Source of the DNA: Bacteroidales bacterium
GTDB taxonomy: Bacteria; Bacteroidota; Bacteroidia; Bacteroidales; UBA3663
DNA length: 64,000 nt
Assembly: GCA_017519885.1 (NCBI GenBank)
Contig: JAFWRO010000014.1
Coordinates: 38,086-102,085, forward strand
Direction of reading: 5' to 3'
Shown: positions 36,689 through 47,538 of the stretch, one piece after another
How positions within the stretch are numbered: position 1 is the stretch's first letter
Layout: the number at the start of each line of letters is the position of its first letter
Translations under genes and position numbers: made by a program
Notes under the pieces: generated by a model
What the model was told of the DNA's origin: nothing
What the model saw: only the letters and a program-made list of their open reading frames with translations
Database searches by the model: none

Positions 36689-37400
36689 CGTGGTCCTCTA
36701 TTTTAACGGGTTTTACATATGCTGCTATTGCTGCAATTACGATGGTGAGCACAATGGTACGGGTGCCGGCACTCATTTCACGGACTGTCGGCAACACGGA
36801 GCAAAGCCAGCTCAAGAGGAAACTGGCGATGACGGAAATACCTACCGCATGGTCACGCTTAGAAGGTGGTATGATGATGGCAATGAACATTCCATAGAGT
36901 GCCACGCTGAGCGCAGCGACGACGTGCGGAGGAAGGATCTCACCTGCCACGATGCCCACGGCCGTTCCCGATGCCCACATTGTAGTCGAAACGAGCATCG
37001 CACCAAAGGGATAGGCAGGAGGCAGATTGCCGGGATAGGCGATGGAGATGCCGAAGATCTCGTCGGTAACGCAACAGGCCACAAGTATGCGCTTCAAGAG
37101 CGAAACATTCGACGCGAACTTCTGTGTCAAAGCCGTGCTCATCAGCAGATAGCGAAGATTGGTGACCAAGCACATGGCCACGACTTCGACGTATGATGCG
37201 CCGATGGCAATGAGCGAATAGACGCCATATTCTCCCGCCGAAGCACGCGTCAGGAAACTGCCCACGAAGCCCATCCATGCAGTCAACCCCGCCTTGGCGG
37301 CTATGATACCCAACGAAAAGGACACAGCGAAATACCCCATACCAATGGGGAATCCATCGCGCATACCATGCAAAAAGATACTTCGGGTCGCGATACGCAT
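36678..37400 (-). CDS. azlC: AzlC family permease
   Basis: GFPIGMGYFAVSFSLG, NLRYLLMS, VTDEIF. Confidence 0.88.
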   Translation of the reverse strand: MRIATRSIFLHGMRDGFPIGMGYFAVSFSLGIIAAKAGLTAWMGFVGSFLTRASAGEYGVYSLIAIGASYVEVVAMCLVTNLRYLLMSTALTQKFASNVSLLKRILVACCVTDEIFGISIAYPGNLPPAYPFGAMLVSTTMWASGTAVGIVAGEILPPHVVAALSVALYGMFIAIIIPPSKRDHAVGISVIASFLLSWLCSVLPTVREMSAGTRTIVLTIVIAAIAAYVKPVKIEDHDEA

Positions 37401-37407
37401 TGGTTTT

Positions 37408-38121
37408 TCAGAATATCGACTTGACACGAGTGCCGTCGAGCACGCGGTTGAAGAAGTCGTTAACAGGCTTGCCGATGCGGAAGCCTTCGACCACACGCTC
37501 CACGAGATTGGGGGCCAGCGCCTCTTCTTCGCTCAAATCGCGGAAGAGGTCCCAGTCCTTCATACGAATCAGGTCGTCGAAGGGACTGTCCCTCCATTGC
37601 TTGGGCAGGACCTTGAGTTTTTCCTCCGACCAGAAAACATAACCATAGCGGCGCACCTCGTCATTGTCCACGGCATCGCGCAGTTCCTGGCCTTCGTCGA
37701 AGATGGCCTGACGAATCACTTTGGCTGCTGCCGAGGGTGGACAATGCACACCAACATCGATCATTGAATTGGCCGAATATTCGCCATCCTCGTTCTTCGG
37801 CTGCAAGTGGAAATAATAGCCTCCACCTACGCACTTCTTGCCTCCGGGCACGAGATAGAGTCCGAAATGCGTTTTGTAGGGGCTCTTGTCCCAAGAGAAA
37901 CGCGTGTCGCGGGCAAAACGGAAGATGCACTGCTTGGGATCGAGCCCACGCAGCAAAGGGTCGATCTGCGCCATCTGTCCCATGATATCGACGCTGAGGG
38001 CATAGAACGTGTCGCGCGCCTGCTCGTATTTCTTTCGATTGGCGTGCATCCACTCTACCGTGTTGTTATACTTGATTTCGCGAAGGAAATCGAAAATCTG
38101 CTGAATGTTGTATTGGGTCAT
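37408..38121 (-). CDS. DUF2461 family protein
   Basis: FLREIKYNNTVEWMHAN, IFRFARDTRFSWDKSPYKTHFG, GYYFHLQP. Confidence 0.87.
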   Translation of the reverse strand: MTQYNIQQIFDFLREIKYNNTVEWMHANRKKYEQARDTFYALSVDIMGQMAQIDPLLRGLDPKQCIFRFARDTRFSWDKSPYKTHFGLYLVPGGKKCVGGGYYFHLQPKNEDGEYSANSMIDVGVHCPPSAAAKVIRQAIFDEGQELRDAVDNDEVRRYGYVFWSEEKLKVLPKQWRDSPFDDLIRMKDWDLFRDLSEEEALAPNLVERVVEGFRIGKPVNDFFNRVLDGTRVKSIF

Positions 38122-38125
38122 AGGG

Positions 38126-38842
38126 TTACAATATTTTCATAATCTGACGCAACGAGTGCACCTCGTAGTTGACGGGCTCAGTGGGATGGAAAGTGCGGGG
38201 ATTGCGGTTGAAGAACATCACATCGAGCCCATAGGCTTTGGCACCGAGGATGTCGGTATCGAACGTGTCTCCAATCATTAACGTGGTTTCCACCTTGGCA
38301 CCCGTCTTTGCCATCGCATAGTCGAAGTAGGCACGAAGGGGCTTATTGGCTCCAGCGTCTTCGCTTAGGATGATGTTGTCGAAAAACTCCTCCATCCCCG
38401 AGGCTCGAAGTTTGCGATACTGCACCTCATGGAAACCGTTGCTACAAAGATGCAGGCCATATCCCTGTGCGCGAAGATAACGCATCAAGTCGTGCGCCCC
38501 TTCGACCACTCCGGGTTTATTGGCACAAAGGTCGAGGAAGTGGTCGCTCACTTCCAGACAATATTCCTTCGTAGGTTCAAAATGCACCCCAGGACTTACG
38601 AAGCCACATGTCAACGGGCGACGAAAACGCTCGACGATGAGATAAGGACGATCAATCTCGCCTCGTGCATACTGGCCCCACAATTCGACATTGGTCTGCC
38701 AATAGGGGACGGTAAAGTCTTCAAGGCGCTGGAAATAGCGGCCCAACTGCAAATCGTCGAACAATTCGGCCAGCGCTAGTTTGGCGTTACCGTGGGTGTC
38801 GTAGAGCGTGTCGTCAAAATCAATGAACAGATCGTGGTACAT
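38126..38842 (-). CDS. YjjG-like HAD nucleotidase
   Basis: [33 protein letters not shown]. Confidence 0.9.
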   Translation of the reverse strand: MYHDLFIDFDDTLYDTHGNAKLALAELFDDLQLGRYFQRLEDFTVPYWQTNVELWGQYARGEIDRPYLIVERFRRPLTCGFVSPGVHFEPTKEYCLEVSDHFLDLCANKPGVVEGAHDLMRYLRAQGYGLHLCSNGFHEVQYRKLRASGMEEFFDNIILSEDAGANKPLRAYFDYAMAKTGAKVETTLMIGDTFDTDILGAKAYGLDVMFFNRNPRTFHPTEPVNYEVHSLRQIMKIL

Positions 38843-39073
38843 GAGGGAGGGGGTCGAAGCGTTATGAGAAGTTCAAAAGGGTTTGCTTTATCGCCGCAAA
38901 GATACGAACAAACTGCCACATCTCCAAATAATTTGCCCATTTATTGTAACAAAATCCAACCCATAATGTTCTTTTTCGAATGATTTTTTTGTTTCTTTCG
39001 AAAAATACCTTATCTTTGTCGGCAAATTACAGATATTTCGAACCTAGTTATTTCTTAATTTCATTACCTCATC

Positions 39074-41587
39074 ATGAAAAGAACCACCCTTCTACTCTCC
39101 TCACTCCTCCTGCTCACCGCTTGTGGCAGCAAACAACTGCAGCAAGCGAAGCAGGACCTCGCTCTCAACGACCTTGAGTATTTCGAATGCCAAGGTGTCA
39201 ATGTTTTGGTCTATAGCAACAACTTCAACGGAGGTTTCAACGATGAGAAGAACTCCGGCATCGAAATTATTCACCACGGCGTGCGCACCGTGCAGGGTGG
39301 CGCCGTGCGTCTAAACAAAACACCTGAACTATGGGACCTTGTGCCCAAGACCACAAGTCGCACCGTGAACCACGATGCAGGTCAGATCGAAGTGGGTCTG
39401 CGCTATGACGACTACGACTTCGACAGCCGCATTGTCGTAACGGGTCAGGGTGATGCCGTCGAGATCGCCGTATGGCTCGACAAACCCGTGCCCGAGTCTT
39501 TAGCAGGTGAAGCGGGACTGAATATCGAATTCCTGCCTTCGCAATACTGGAACAAGACCTACCTTATGGATGGTCGCTTGAACCGTTTCCCTCGTTATGC
39601 TGCCAGTCAAACCGTGACACGCCCCAACAGTGAGAAACCCCGTCAGTTCAAGGGATTCAAGACCTACGATGACCGCGGCACCGACCGCTTTGTCGATCCC
39701 ACTCCACTTGAAACTGGACACGAAATCATCCTGGCGCCCGATGCACCAGAGAGGATGATCAAGGTAACAAGCAAGGATGCCGAACTCAACCTTTACGACG
39801 GACGTATGCTGGCACAAAATGGTTGGTATGTGCTCCAAAGTGTGCTCCCTGCCGGCAAGACAGGCAAGGTGGTGAGTTGGCGCGTCGAACCTCATGCCAT
39901 CCCGGGATGGATACGCGAACCGAATATCGGTTTCAGCCAAGTGGGCTATCTGCCCGATCAACCGAAAGTGGCCGTGATAGAGCTCGACAAGCGTGACAAG
40001 ATTCATGACGAGGCCTCGATTTGCCGCATCAAGTCCGATGGCACCATCGAGACAGCATTCTGCGGAAAAACATCGCTTTGGGGCGACTACTTTAAATATA
40101 AATATGTGAAGTTCGACTTCACGGAAGTTAGCGAACCAGGCATCTATTTCATCAAATACGGCGATACCCAGACGGGCAACTTCCTCATCGACCAGAGCGT
40201 CTATGACAAGATCACCGATGCCACTACCGACGTGTGGATTCCCATTCATATGAACCACATCACCGTGAACGAAGGCTATCGCGTCTGGCATGGCGAGCCT
40301 TTCAAGGAAGGCTATCTGCAGGCTCCACCAAGCGACCATTTCGACCTACATTCGCAAGGACCGACCACCGATACCAAGTACAAGCCACTGCAACTCATTC
40401 CAGGACTCAACGTGGGCGGATACTTTGATGCAGGTGACTTCGACATCGAGACTGGTTCGAACATCAACGTTGTGCAAAACCTCGTGCGCATCTGGGAACA
40501 ATTCCCCAGCGACCGCGACGAGACCTTCGTAAGCGAAGAGCAGCGCTACGTGGATCTGCATCGACCCGATGGTGTGCCCGACATCTTGCAGTATATTGAG
40601 CATGGCACGCTGAACCTCGTGGCACAAGCCGAAAAGATTGGACATATGTCGCAATGCCTCTCCAATTCGGTGCTCGACAATTATCATCACCTCGGCGACG
40701 CCGCTTCGCTCACCGATGGCCTGCACTACGACCCGAAACTCAAACCCTACCAGATTTCGATGGACGGAAAGCGTAGTGGCACGCCTGACGATATGTGGGC
40801 GTTCACGACACGCGACCCACGCCTTGACTTCCGTGCTGCCGCGATGTTTGCTGCTGCCAGCCGTGTCCTCCAGGGCTATAACGATGCCCTGGCAAAACGC
40901 GCCCTTATCCAATCGAAGCGACTGATGACCGAAGCCACCGAATTGCTCCACGAAGCCGACCTCAGCACCAACCTTCAACTCTACGGAGCAACTGGCGACA
41001 AGCAGTATCTCGAAAAGTTCAATTCGGGCATCTGGAACGCACTCGACAAGCAGTACAATGCAGCCCTCCAAATAGCTCTCGACGCCATGCCTTTCATGGA
41101 CGATACCTATCGTGAGCAATTACGTCCCTATGTCGAAAAGTATCGTGCCTACGTCGATAGCCTCGATACCCAGAATCCCTATGGTGTGCCCATCGGCCTT
41201 GGCAACTGGGCAGCAGGTGGAGGCGTCGTGCAGGTTGGCGCCACCCTTTGCACAGCAAACAAGTATTTTCCCGACATCATCGAAAAGAACCTGCTCTATC
41301 GCACCGCCAATTTCATCTACGGCTGCCATCCATACCACAACTACTCATTGGTGGCTGCCGTGGGCGCCGCTCGTCCGAAAGCTGTGTTCTATGGAAACAA
41401 CCGTGCTGACTTCTCGTTCATTCCTGGTAATATGGCCCCAGGTGTGCTCTTCCGCAAGCCCGATCATTTCGAAAACTTTGACGACTGGCCGTTCCTGTGG
41501 GGACAGAACGAGGGCACCATTGCCGGAAATACGCAATACGTGATTTTCGGCCTGGCGTTCAAGGATAGAATGAAGGAAGGGAAATAA
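39074..41587 (+). CDS. Glycoside hydrolase family 9 lipoprotein
   Basis: Lipobox LTAC; SQVGYLPDQPKVAV, GGYFDAGD, YGCHP, QNEGTI; promoter TATCTTTG at 39011. Confidence 0.85.
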   Translation: MKRTTLLLSSLLLLTACGSKQLQQAKQDLALNDLEYFECQGVNVLVYSNNFNGGFNDEKNSGIEIIHHGVRTVQGGAVRLNKTPELWDLVPKTTSRTVNHDAGQIEVGLRYDDYDFDSRIVVTGQGDAVEIAVWLDKPVPESLAGEAGLNIEFLPSQYWNKTYLMDGRLNRFPRYAASQTVTRPNSEKPRQFKGFKTYDDRGTDRFVDPTPLETGHEIILAPDAPERMIKVTSKDAELNLYDGRMLAQNGWYVLQSVLPAGKTGKVVSWRVEPHAIPGWIREPNIGFSQVGYLPDQPKVAVIELDKRDKIHDEASICRIKSDGTIETAFCGKTSLWGDYFKYKYVKFDFTEVSEPGIYFIKYGDTQTGNFLIDQSVYDKITDATTDVWIPIHMNHITVNEGYRVWHGEPFKEGYLQAPPSDHFDLHSQGPTTDTKYKPLQLIPGLNVGGYFDAGDFDIETGSNINVVQNLVRIWEQFPSDRDETFVSEEQRYVDLHRPDGVPDILQYIEHGTLNLVAQAEKIGHMSQCLSNSVLDNYHHLGDAASLTDGLHYDPKLKPYQISMDGKRSGTPDDMWAFTTRDPRLDFRAAAMFAAASRVLQGYNDALAKRALIQSKRLMTEATELLHEADLSTNLQLYGATGDKQYLEKFNSGIWNALDKQYNAALQIALDAMPFMDDTYREQLRPYVEKYRAYVDSLDTQNPYGVPIGLGNWAAGGGVVQVGATLCTANKYFPDIIEKNLLYRTANFIYGCHPYHNYSLVAAVGAARPKAVFYGNNRADFSFIPGNMAPGVLFRKPDHFENFDDWPFLWGQNEGTIAGNTQYVIFGLAFKDRMKEGK

Positions 41588-41597
41588 AGATTTTCTC

Positions 41598-42371
41598 TTA
41601 AAAGGATACGAATCTATTACCTAAGAAATCCTGGTGTTCTCCATGATGGATATAGCCCAACTGGTCGCAGACGAGTTGGGTTTTTCCTATCTGGGTGCCA
41701 ATGTTATAATGAGAGTGTCCAAAGATCCAATAATCAATGGGGCTTTGCTCGATATATGATTCCAATTCGACGGCAAATGCCCCGCTGTAGGACTTGTTGG
41801 CAAATTCAGGATAAATGAGTTTGAAGGTGGGCACATGATGTGAAACTACCACGATATGACGTGCCTTGCTATGATTGACAGCTTCTAAGAGGAAGGCCAG
41901 GCAACGCTCATGTTCTTCGTTAAAGCGTGGCCAGGTGAGACTCTCTTCGCCCGAACGGATGCGATGGAAATCGGTCACGCCGAACTGCGTATATCGTCCG
42001 TTTTCGGGCGCGATTCTTGACCAAAGGGTTGTAGCAATCACATCGATATCGTCATCCAAATGGATTACGCAGTTATAATAGCAATGCACATTGTGGCGAA
42101 TGGGCAGCACCCACCCATCGTGTAACGTCTCGATGTCGAAGAACTGATAGAACTCATGATTGCCGGGCACAACAATTACCTGCCGATAGTGTTCCGATGC
42201 CCAGTCCCAGAAAGGATGCGACGTGTAGGTCTTGTCGTCGCCCAAATAGCCGATATCACCAGCCAGTACAAGCACCTCGCCCATCACTTCGATGGGGTGC
42301 TCGAGGAGGTAATCCCAATTCCTCTTGTATTCCAGATGCAGGTCTGAAGCGTACTGTATTCTCATGGACAT
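41598..42371 (-). CDS. Calcineurin-like metallophosphoesterase
   Basis: SDLHLE, LAGDIG, PGNHEFY, SHHVP, WIFGHSH. Confidence 0.9.
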   Translation of the reverse strand: MSMRIQYASDLHLEYKRNWDYLLEHPIEVMGEVLVLAGDIGYLGDDKTYTSHPFWDWASEHYRQVIVVPGNHEFYQFFDIETLHDGWVLPIRHNVHCYYNCVIHLDDDIDVIATTLWSRIAPENGRYTQFGVTDFHRIRSGEESLTWPRFNEEHERCLAFLLEAVNHSKARHIVVVSHHVPTFKLIYPEFANKSYSGAFAVELESYIEQSPIDYWIFGHSHYNIGTQIGKTQLVCDQLGYIHHGEHQDFLGNRFVSF

Positions 42372-42483
42372 TTCTGTTCCTTAGCGGTGCAAAGATATGT
42401 CTTTTTCGCGAAAAAAACAAATAATGCATTGTTATTTATTAATTGAGAATGGTTAATTGAGAAAAAAACATTATCTTTGCACC

Positions 42484-43302
42484 GTGAAGGCAAGCAATCT
42501 GTTCAAAAGGTTGATATACCCAAAAGCGAATCTCATCAAAAAAAAGATGTACGATGCATTCGCCAACCATTGGGTAGTGGTCACCGGTGCATCACGAGGC
42601 ATCGGTGAAGCGTTGGTGCGCCGGCTCATCGCTTCGCATGCCAATCTTTTCCTCATCGCACGAAGCGAAGAGCAACTGCATTCACTTTGCAAAAAGGCAC
42701 GTGAAGCAGGATGCAAAGCCGAGTATTGCGCAATCGATCTACGTGACAGGGAACGTCTCGACCAACTTTGCCAACACCTGAAGGGAACTTTGCCTTGTGT
42801 CGATTATCTTTTCTGCAACGCTGGTAAATCCATTCATCGCGAAATCAACGATGCTCAAGACCGTATGCACGATTACGACAGGACTATGGACTTGAACTAC
42901 CGCGCCCATGTCGCCCTTACTCTCGCACTTCTCCCCAAACTTTGCGAGAGCCAAGGGCATATCATCTACACGTCGTCGGTCAGCACCCTTTACCCTCCCG
43001 CTCCAGGTTGGTCGGCTTACCATACGTCGAAGTGTGCAGCCAACACCTGGTACGAGACGGCACGTACGGAATTGCGACGACAAGGCATTTCCGTACAAAT
43101 TGCTTATCTGCCACTCGTTCACACCGAGATGGCAGATGTGAATCCAGCATATCACAATCTTCCGGGCTATACAGCCGATGAGTCAGCGTGCCAACTACTT
43201 AAACTGAGCCTTTCACGACGCTTCGCTTACGAACCATGGTGGGCACGTCTGTCAGCACCTATAGCCAACCTCTTTTCGCCCATAGTAAAGTTATTCTATT
43301 AA
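42484..43302 (+). CDS. SDR oxidoreductase, Acr1 fatty acyl-CoA reductase-like (start uncertain: GTG 42484 or ATG 42547)
   Basis: TGASRGIG, NAGKSIHR...DRMHDYDRTMDLNY, SAYHTSK (YxxxK). Confidence 0.85.
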   Translation: MKASNLFKRLIYPKANLIKKKMYDAFANHWVVVTGASRGIGEALVRRLIASHANLFLIARSEEQLHSLCKKAREAGCKAEYCAIDLRDRERLDQLCQHLKGTLPCVDYLFCNAGKSIHREINDAQDRMHDYDRTMDLNYRAHVALTLALLPKLCESQGHIIYTSSVSTLYPPAPGWSAYHTSKCAANTWYETARTELRRQGISVQIAYLPLVHTEMADVNPAYHNLPGYTADESACQLLKLSLSRRFAYEPWWARLSAPIANLFSPIVKLFY

Positions 43303-43303
43303 T

Positions 43304-44809
43304 ATGCACCGATCTCTTTTTCGTGCGCTATTCAATCTGCACTTCATTACACCCCTTGGCCTCATCCGCTGGGCATACTGTCTGGTGAGCGAAGGCGTGA
43401 CACTGATGGCGGCATTGAAGTTCTCTGCCCGATACTTTCCGACAAAGTGTGCCGTGGTGTCGGAGAGATTGGTGATGAACTACAGCGAACTTTATCAATA
43501 TGCCTGCCGTCTGGCATACCTGATGTACTCCGACTATAATCTGCGTCAAGGCGATACGGTGGCAATGTTTTGTCGCAATCATACGGTGTCACTGTTGCTT
43601 CTGCCTGCCCTTTCGAGGCTCGGTGTAAATGTGCTTTTGCTCAACACTGATTTAGGTACCGAAAAAATCGAAGAACTACTCAATCGCAACTCTTGCAAAC
43701 TGCTTGTCTATGATAAGGAAAGGAAAGACGGTAGGAGCACTATAACTTCTCCCTACCCTGCTATCGATACTGATATTCTGTACGAAAAACTCTTTGCGAA
43801 AAACGAGGACAACGTCTTCTACCTTCCCCCAATTTTCCATGGTCCTGCCATCACAGTGATGACAGGCGGTACAAGCGGGCACTATACCGAAGCCACGCGT
43901 CATCCTTCGGTGACGCAATTCCTACCTCCATTCTTTGCCTTGCTACGTGATGTTGGCATCGGGGACTACAACAGTGTATTCCTCGCTCTACCCTTTTATC
44001 ATGGTTTTGGATTGGCAACGCTGATCGTATCGCTCCTGATGGGAAAGAAAATATGCCTGATGCGGCATTTTGACGCCAGTCAGGCATTGAAGATAATTCG
44101 AAATGAAGAAATAGAGGTGTTGCCCCTCGTCCCTGTGATGCTAGCAAGGATGTGGCAGCAAGAAGGGGCGAAGGAAAAGATGAAAAGCCTTCGCTGTATT
44201 CTTTGCGGAGGTGATCACCTGGACCGCAAACTCGTCGAGACAACGCATAGCCAACTTGGCAACGTGCTCTACAATCTGTATGGCACCTCGGAGGCGGGTT
44301 TCTTCCTATTGGCTACACCCGATGATCTGTCACGGCATTCCGAGACGACATTGGGGAAACCGATTCGAGGCGTAAAGTGCAAGGTCGTGGAAAAAGATGC
44401 CGAAGGTGTGGGTACGCTGTGGGTTCGTTCTGGTTGGGCCATGACGGGAAGAAATGACCAATGGCAGAGCACAGGTGACCTGGTTATGCAAGATACCGAG
44501 GGCTATTACTTCCATCGTGGCAGACGTGACGGGTTGGTCGTCTGCGGTGGCGAGAATGTCTGGCCCGACAATGTGATGCGGGCACTCAGCTTACATCCCG
44601 CTGTCGTGGCTTCACACGTCTATGCCGTGCCTCACCCCGAATTTGGAAATGTGCTGAATGCCCGCATCGAATTGCGCAAGGACAGTACACTTTCGTCCGA
44701 AGACGTCAAGCAATGGCTTGCACCACGCATCTCCCGTGCCGAAATGCCTCACGAAATCTTCTTCGGTCCCATCGAGACGCTCTCGACAGGAAAAATCAAA
44801 TCACAATAG
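43304..44809 (+). CDS. AMP-binding enzyme (acyl-CoA synthetase-like)
   Basis: MTGGTSG, LPFYHGFG, NLYGTSEAG, STGD, GRRDGLVVCGGENV, STGK. Confidence 0.87.
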   Translation: MHRSLFRALFNLHFITPLGLIRWAYCLVSEGVTLMAALKFSARYFPTKCAVVSERLVMNYSELYQYACRLAYLMYSDYNLRQGDTVAMFCRNHTVSLLLLPALSRLGVNVLLLNTDLGTEKIEELLNRNSCKLLVYDKERKDGRSTITSPYPAIDTDILYEKLFAKNEDNVFYLPPIFHGPAITVMTGGTSGHYTEATRHPSVTQFLPPFFALLRDVGIGDYNSVFLALPFYHGFGLATLIVSLLMGKKICLMRHFDASQALKIIRNEEIEVLPLVPVMLARMWQQEGAKEKMKSLRCILCGGDHLDRKLVETTHSQLGNVLYNLYGTSEAGFFLLATPDDLSRHSETTLGKPIRGVKCKVVEKDAEGVGTLWVRSGWAMTGRNDQWQSTGDLVMQDTEGYYFHRGRRDGLVVCGGENVWPDNVMRALSLHPAVVASHVYAVPHPEFGNVLNARIELRKDSTLSSEDVKQWLAPRISRAEMPHEIFFGPIETLSTGKIKSQ

Positions 44810-45560
44810 GTATTTCAGGATCGAACCGATCCATGTACTTCACCTTGAACAGATTGATTCGATGCAGACGGTCAATCTTTGCCTTGGTGGCTGGTTCAGG
44901 CTCGATACCCTCGCGGATATATTTGTCGAGGGTAGCGTAGGTGAAGCCAAGTTTCACTTCATCGGGTGAACTGTGCGGCAGACCATCGTCAGGCACCTTA
45001 TCAACCCATTCAAGAGGTAGGCCCAGCACTCGACCAATTTGCAGAATCTCGGTTACAGTAAGGAACGACAGTGGGCTGAAATCGCCTGCATTGTCACCAT
45101 AGCGTGTGGCATAGCCAATCCAGTCCTCAGAGAGATTGCAGGTATTGACCACGCGTCCATTATTGGTTTGTGCAATGGCATAAAGCGTCACCATGCGCAC
45201 ACGAGGCGGCACGTTCTGCTTGGTCTGCACGGTCCATTCATCGACCACCGAATCATTCTCCTCCAACTTGAGGTTGTTCATCGCGTTGGTAATTGCTCCA
45301 ATGGGAGCCACACAATAGCGAATGCCGATATAGCGCGATATGCGGTCGGCATCGTTGATGGCCTGCCCATTGTCGGGCATTGCCACGCCAATGACGCGAT
45401 CCTTGCCAAGAGCCTTGGCACAAAGGGCAGCAGCCACTGTCGAGTCCTTGCCACCTGACATGCCCAGCACAGCATTGCAGCCCGGGCCATTCTGTTCGAA
45501 CCAGTCTCGAATCCATTGGATGACCTCTTCGGTCACTCTTTTTGCATCAAAAGTTTTCAT
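44796..45560 (-). CDS. nadE: NH3-dependent NAD+ synthetase
   Basis: GMSGGKDS, RVRMVTLY, NLSEDWIGYATRYGD, DEVKLGFTY; no glutaminase domain. Confidence 0.92.
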   Translation of the reverse strand: MKTFDAKRVTEEVIQWIRDWFEQNGPGCNAVLGMSGGKDSTVAAALCAKALGKDRVIGVAMPDNGQAINDADRISRYIGIRYCVAPIGAITNAMNNLKLEENDSVVDEWTVQTKQNVPPRVRMVTLYAIAQTNNGRVVNTCNLSEDWIGYATRYGDNAGDFSPLSFLTVTEILQIGRVLGLPLEWVDKVPDDGLPHSSPDEVKLGFTYATLDKYIREGIEPEPATKAKIDRLHRINLFKVKYMDRFDPEIPIVI

Positions 45561-45580
45561 AGATTATTGTTTTTTTTTTC

Positions 45581-45616
45581 GGAATACTCGGAGTATTCGG
45601 AGTATTCAGATTACTC
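45581..45616. repeat. 9-bp tandem repeat x4 next to a T10 run
   Basis: ggaatactc ggagtattc ggagtattc agattactc. Confidence 0.65.
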
Positions 45617-45619
45617 TAA

Positions 45620-47341
45620 TTAAAAAGTGTAAGAGCAGCCCACGATCAAGCAACGCGAATTAGGCTTGGTCACGGTTGTCATGTCGTAGTCCTTGTTGGT
45701 CAGAATCTGCTTGCGGTCGGGCTGCAGGATGTCCTGTACGAAAGCATACATTGCCCATTGGCCTATCTGCTTCACGGCACGGAATGACCAGTAGAACGTT
45801 GGACGATTGTAGTAGTAACGATGCGTCTCTCGACCCGTGTAGAGCAGCACCGTGGCCAATGTCCAGCCCTTAGGCAACTCAAACTGTGGACGTGCCTTGA
45901 AACTGTAGGACCATGCCCGGTCGGACGACACGCTCTCACCATCGTAGTCAAGATACTGGCCATGGAAGCCCATCGTCATAGAAAAGAGTCCATACCTTAC
46001 CTCACCCTCGGCGGCATAACGCAGGTAACTGTAGCGTGCATCGTTGATCCACGTCTTCACCGAACGCTGGGATGCCTCGTCATACGACGAAATCTGAGAG
46101 ATATCGTCATCGATGCGCTTGTAGGCCAAACTGTGTGTCAGCGTCCAATGCTCGCCTGAATAGGTATAACTTCCCTTAATCTGGCTGTTCTTCGAAGGAC
46201 CCAGATTGCTGTTACCCACAACGATTACGCCAATGCTGCTACCGATGTGGACGAAGGGATAGAGTTGCGTGTAAGTGGGACGTGCTATGTCGCGATCGTA
46301 ACTCAGTACGAACTTGTTTTTCGCATTGAGTTTAGCAGTCGCCTTGGCAGAGAGCATCCAGTCGTTGTAGGTCTTGTCGTGGCTGGCGGTCCGATGGTCG
46401 TCGATGTCGTTGATGAAATTCTCGTAGCGGAAGGTCGCATCGAGGGTAAGCCAATTATGGGAATAGTTGGCCGAAAGTGAAGTCAGCGACGAATAGGTGT
46501 TGAAGTTGAAATCTGTTTCGGTGTCGCTGATGCTCATATCCTCGATGGTGTATTTCTCCTCGATGCCAAACTTGAATCCATTCCAAGTCTTCGACTGGAA
46601 CCGTACCATAGCGTATGGGTCGAAGTTATGGAGTGTCTGGTTCTGCTCGCGCAGCGACGATTCGGAATGTGCCCCCCAAGTGTCCGACTCCACATCGGTG
46701 GGCTTATAATTGTATTTAAGATTGAGGCGTGTCGTCAGACGGCCCCACTCCTCGAAGTCCTGGATATACTGCAAGAGGCCACCCAACTTGAGGTCGCGGT
46801 TCGAACGACGCTGTTCCTCGTAGTTCGACTCCTGCTCAGTACCATCAGCCTCATGGCCATTCTTTATAGTACTCTCGCTCACACGATTGTGGTCGAAACT
46901 TTCGAGCAAGCCAATGGTAAATATGCTTCCCTTGACAGGTTGGTAGTCGAGACGCGTCGAGAAGTCCTGTTTCTCGTATTTTGTCAGGATGTTCGAACTG
47001 GTAAGTCGGTCGGCACCGCTCTTGAAGTCAGTCGAAACATCCTTCTCTGTATTCAGTTCACTGAAATCGACCGACAGTTGACTCGTCAGCAGCAGGTTGT
47101 CCTTCAAATAGGTGACATAGCCCGAAGGCATGGCACGACCATTGCTGCTGGCGCCCAGATAGGCTCCACCATAGACGTGCGACGAGTCGGGCTTGTGTTC
47201 CAGTTCATCACCCACGTCGTAGGCATCCATGATGCGTTTGGCAATACGTTGAAATTCGTTGGTATCCTGTGCATGCAAGCCTACAGAGCCAACTAGGCTC
47301 AGTGCTCCTGCGAAGAAGACAATTTTTCCAATTCTTCTCAT
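45620..47341 (-). CDS. Outer-membrane beta-barrel protein
   Basis: Signal peptide; RPTYTQLYPF...VGNSNLGP; C-terminal GCSYTF. Confidence 0.8.
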   Translation of the reverse strand: MRRIGKIVFFAGALSLVGSVGLHAQDTNEFQRIAKRIMDAYDVGDELEHKPDSSHVYGGAYLGASSNGRAMPSGYVTYLKDNLLLTSQLSVDFSELNTEKDVSTDFKSGADRLTSSNILTKYEKQDFSTRLDYQPVKGSIFTIGLLESFDHNRVSESTIKNGHEADGTEQESNYEEQRRSNRDLKLGGLLQYIQDFEEWGRLTTRLNLKYNYKPTDVESDTWGAHSESSLREQNQTLHNFDPYAMVRFQSKTWNGFKFGIEEKYTIEDMSISDTETDFNFNTYSSLTSLSANYSHNWLTLDATFRYENFINDIDDHRTASHDKTYNDWMLSAKATAKLNAKNKFVLSYDRDIARPTYTQLYPFVHIGSSIGVIVVGNSNLGPSKNSQIKGSYTYSGEHWTLTHSLAYKRIDDDISQISSYDEASQRSVKTWINDARYSYLRYAAEGEVRYGLFSMTMGFHGQYLDYDGESVSSDRAWSYSFKARPQFELPKGWTLATVLLYTGRETHRYYYNRPTFYWSFRAVKQIGQWAMYAFVQDILQPDRKQILTNKDYDMTTVTKPNSRCLIVGCSYTF

Positions 47342-47538
47342 ATGATAATAGTATGATGAAAGTGTTCGATGCGGCAAAGATAAGGTTTTTTGTCGGCATC
47401 TCCAAATTTTCGACCGATAGTTTGGTCTTTTGTTACCAATTTATGATAAAACGGACGAATAATTTTCCGTCATATCGTTTTTTTTATTACCTTTGCCGTG
47501 CAAAACCGAATATTGACAAACAAAATAATCCACGACCT

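Noticed and set aside
45570-45579. T10 run upstream of nadE as a phase-variation switch
   Set aside because: It reads as an A-rich 5' leader on the coding strand, normal for Bacteroidetes translation initiation, and is not in a promoter spacer or CDS.
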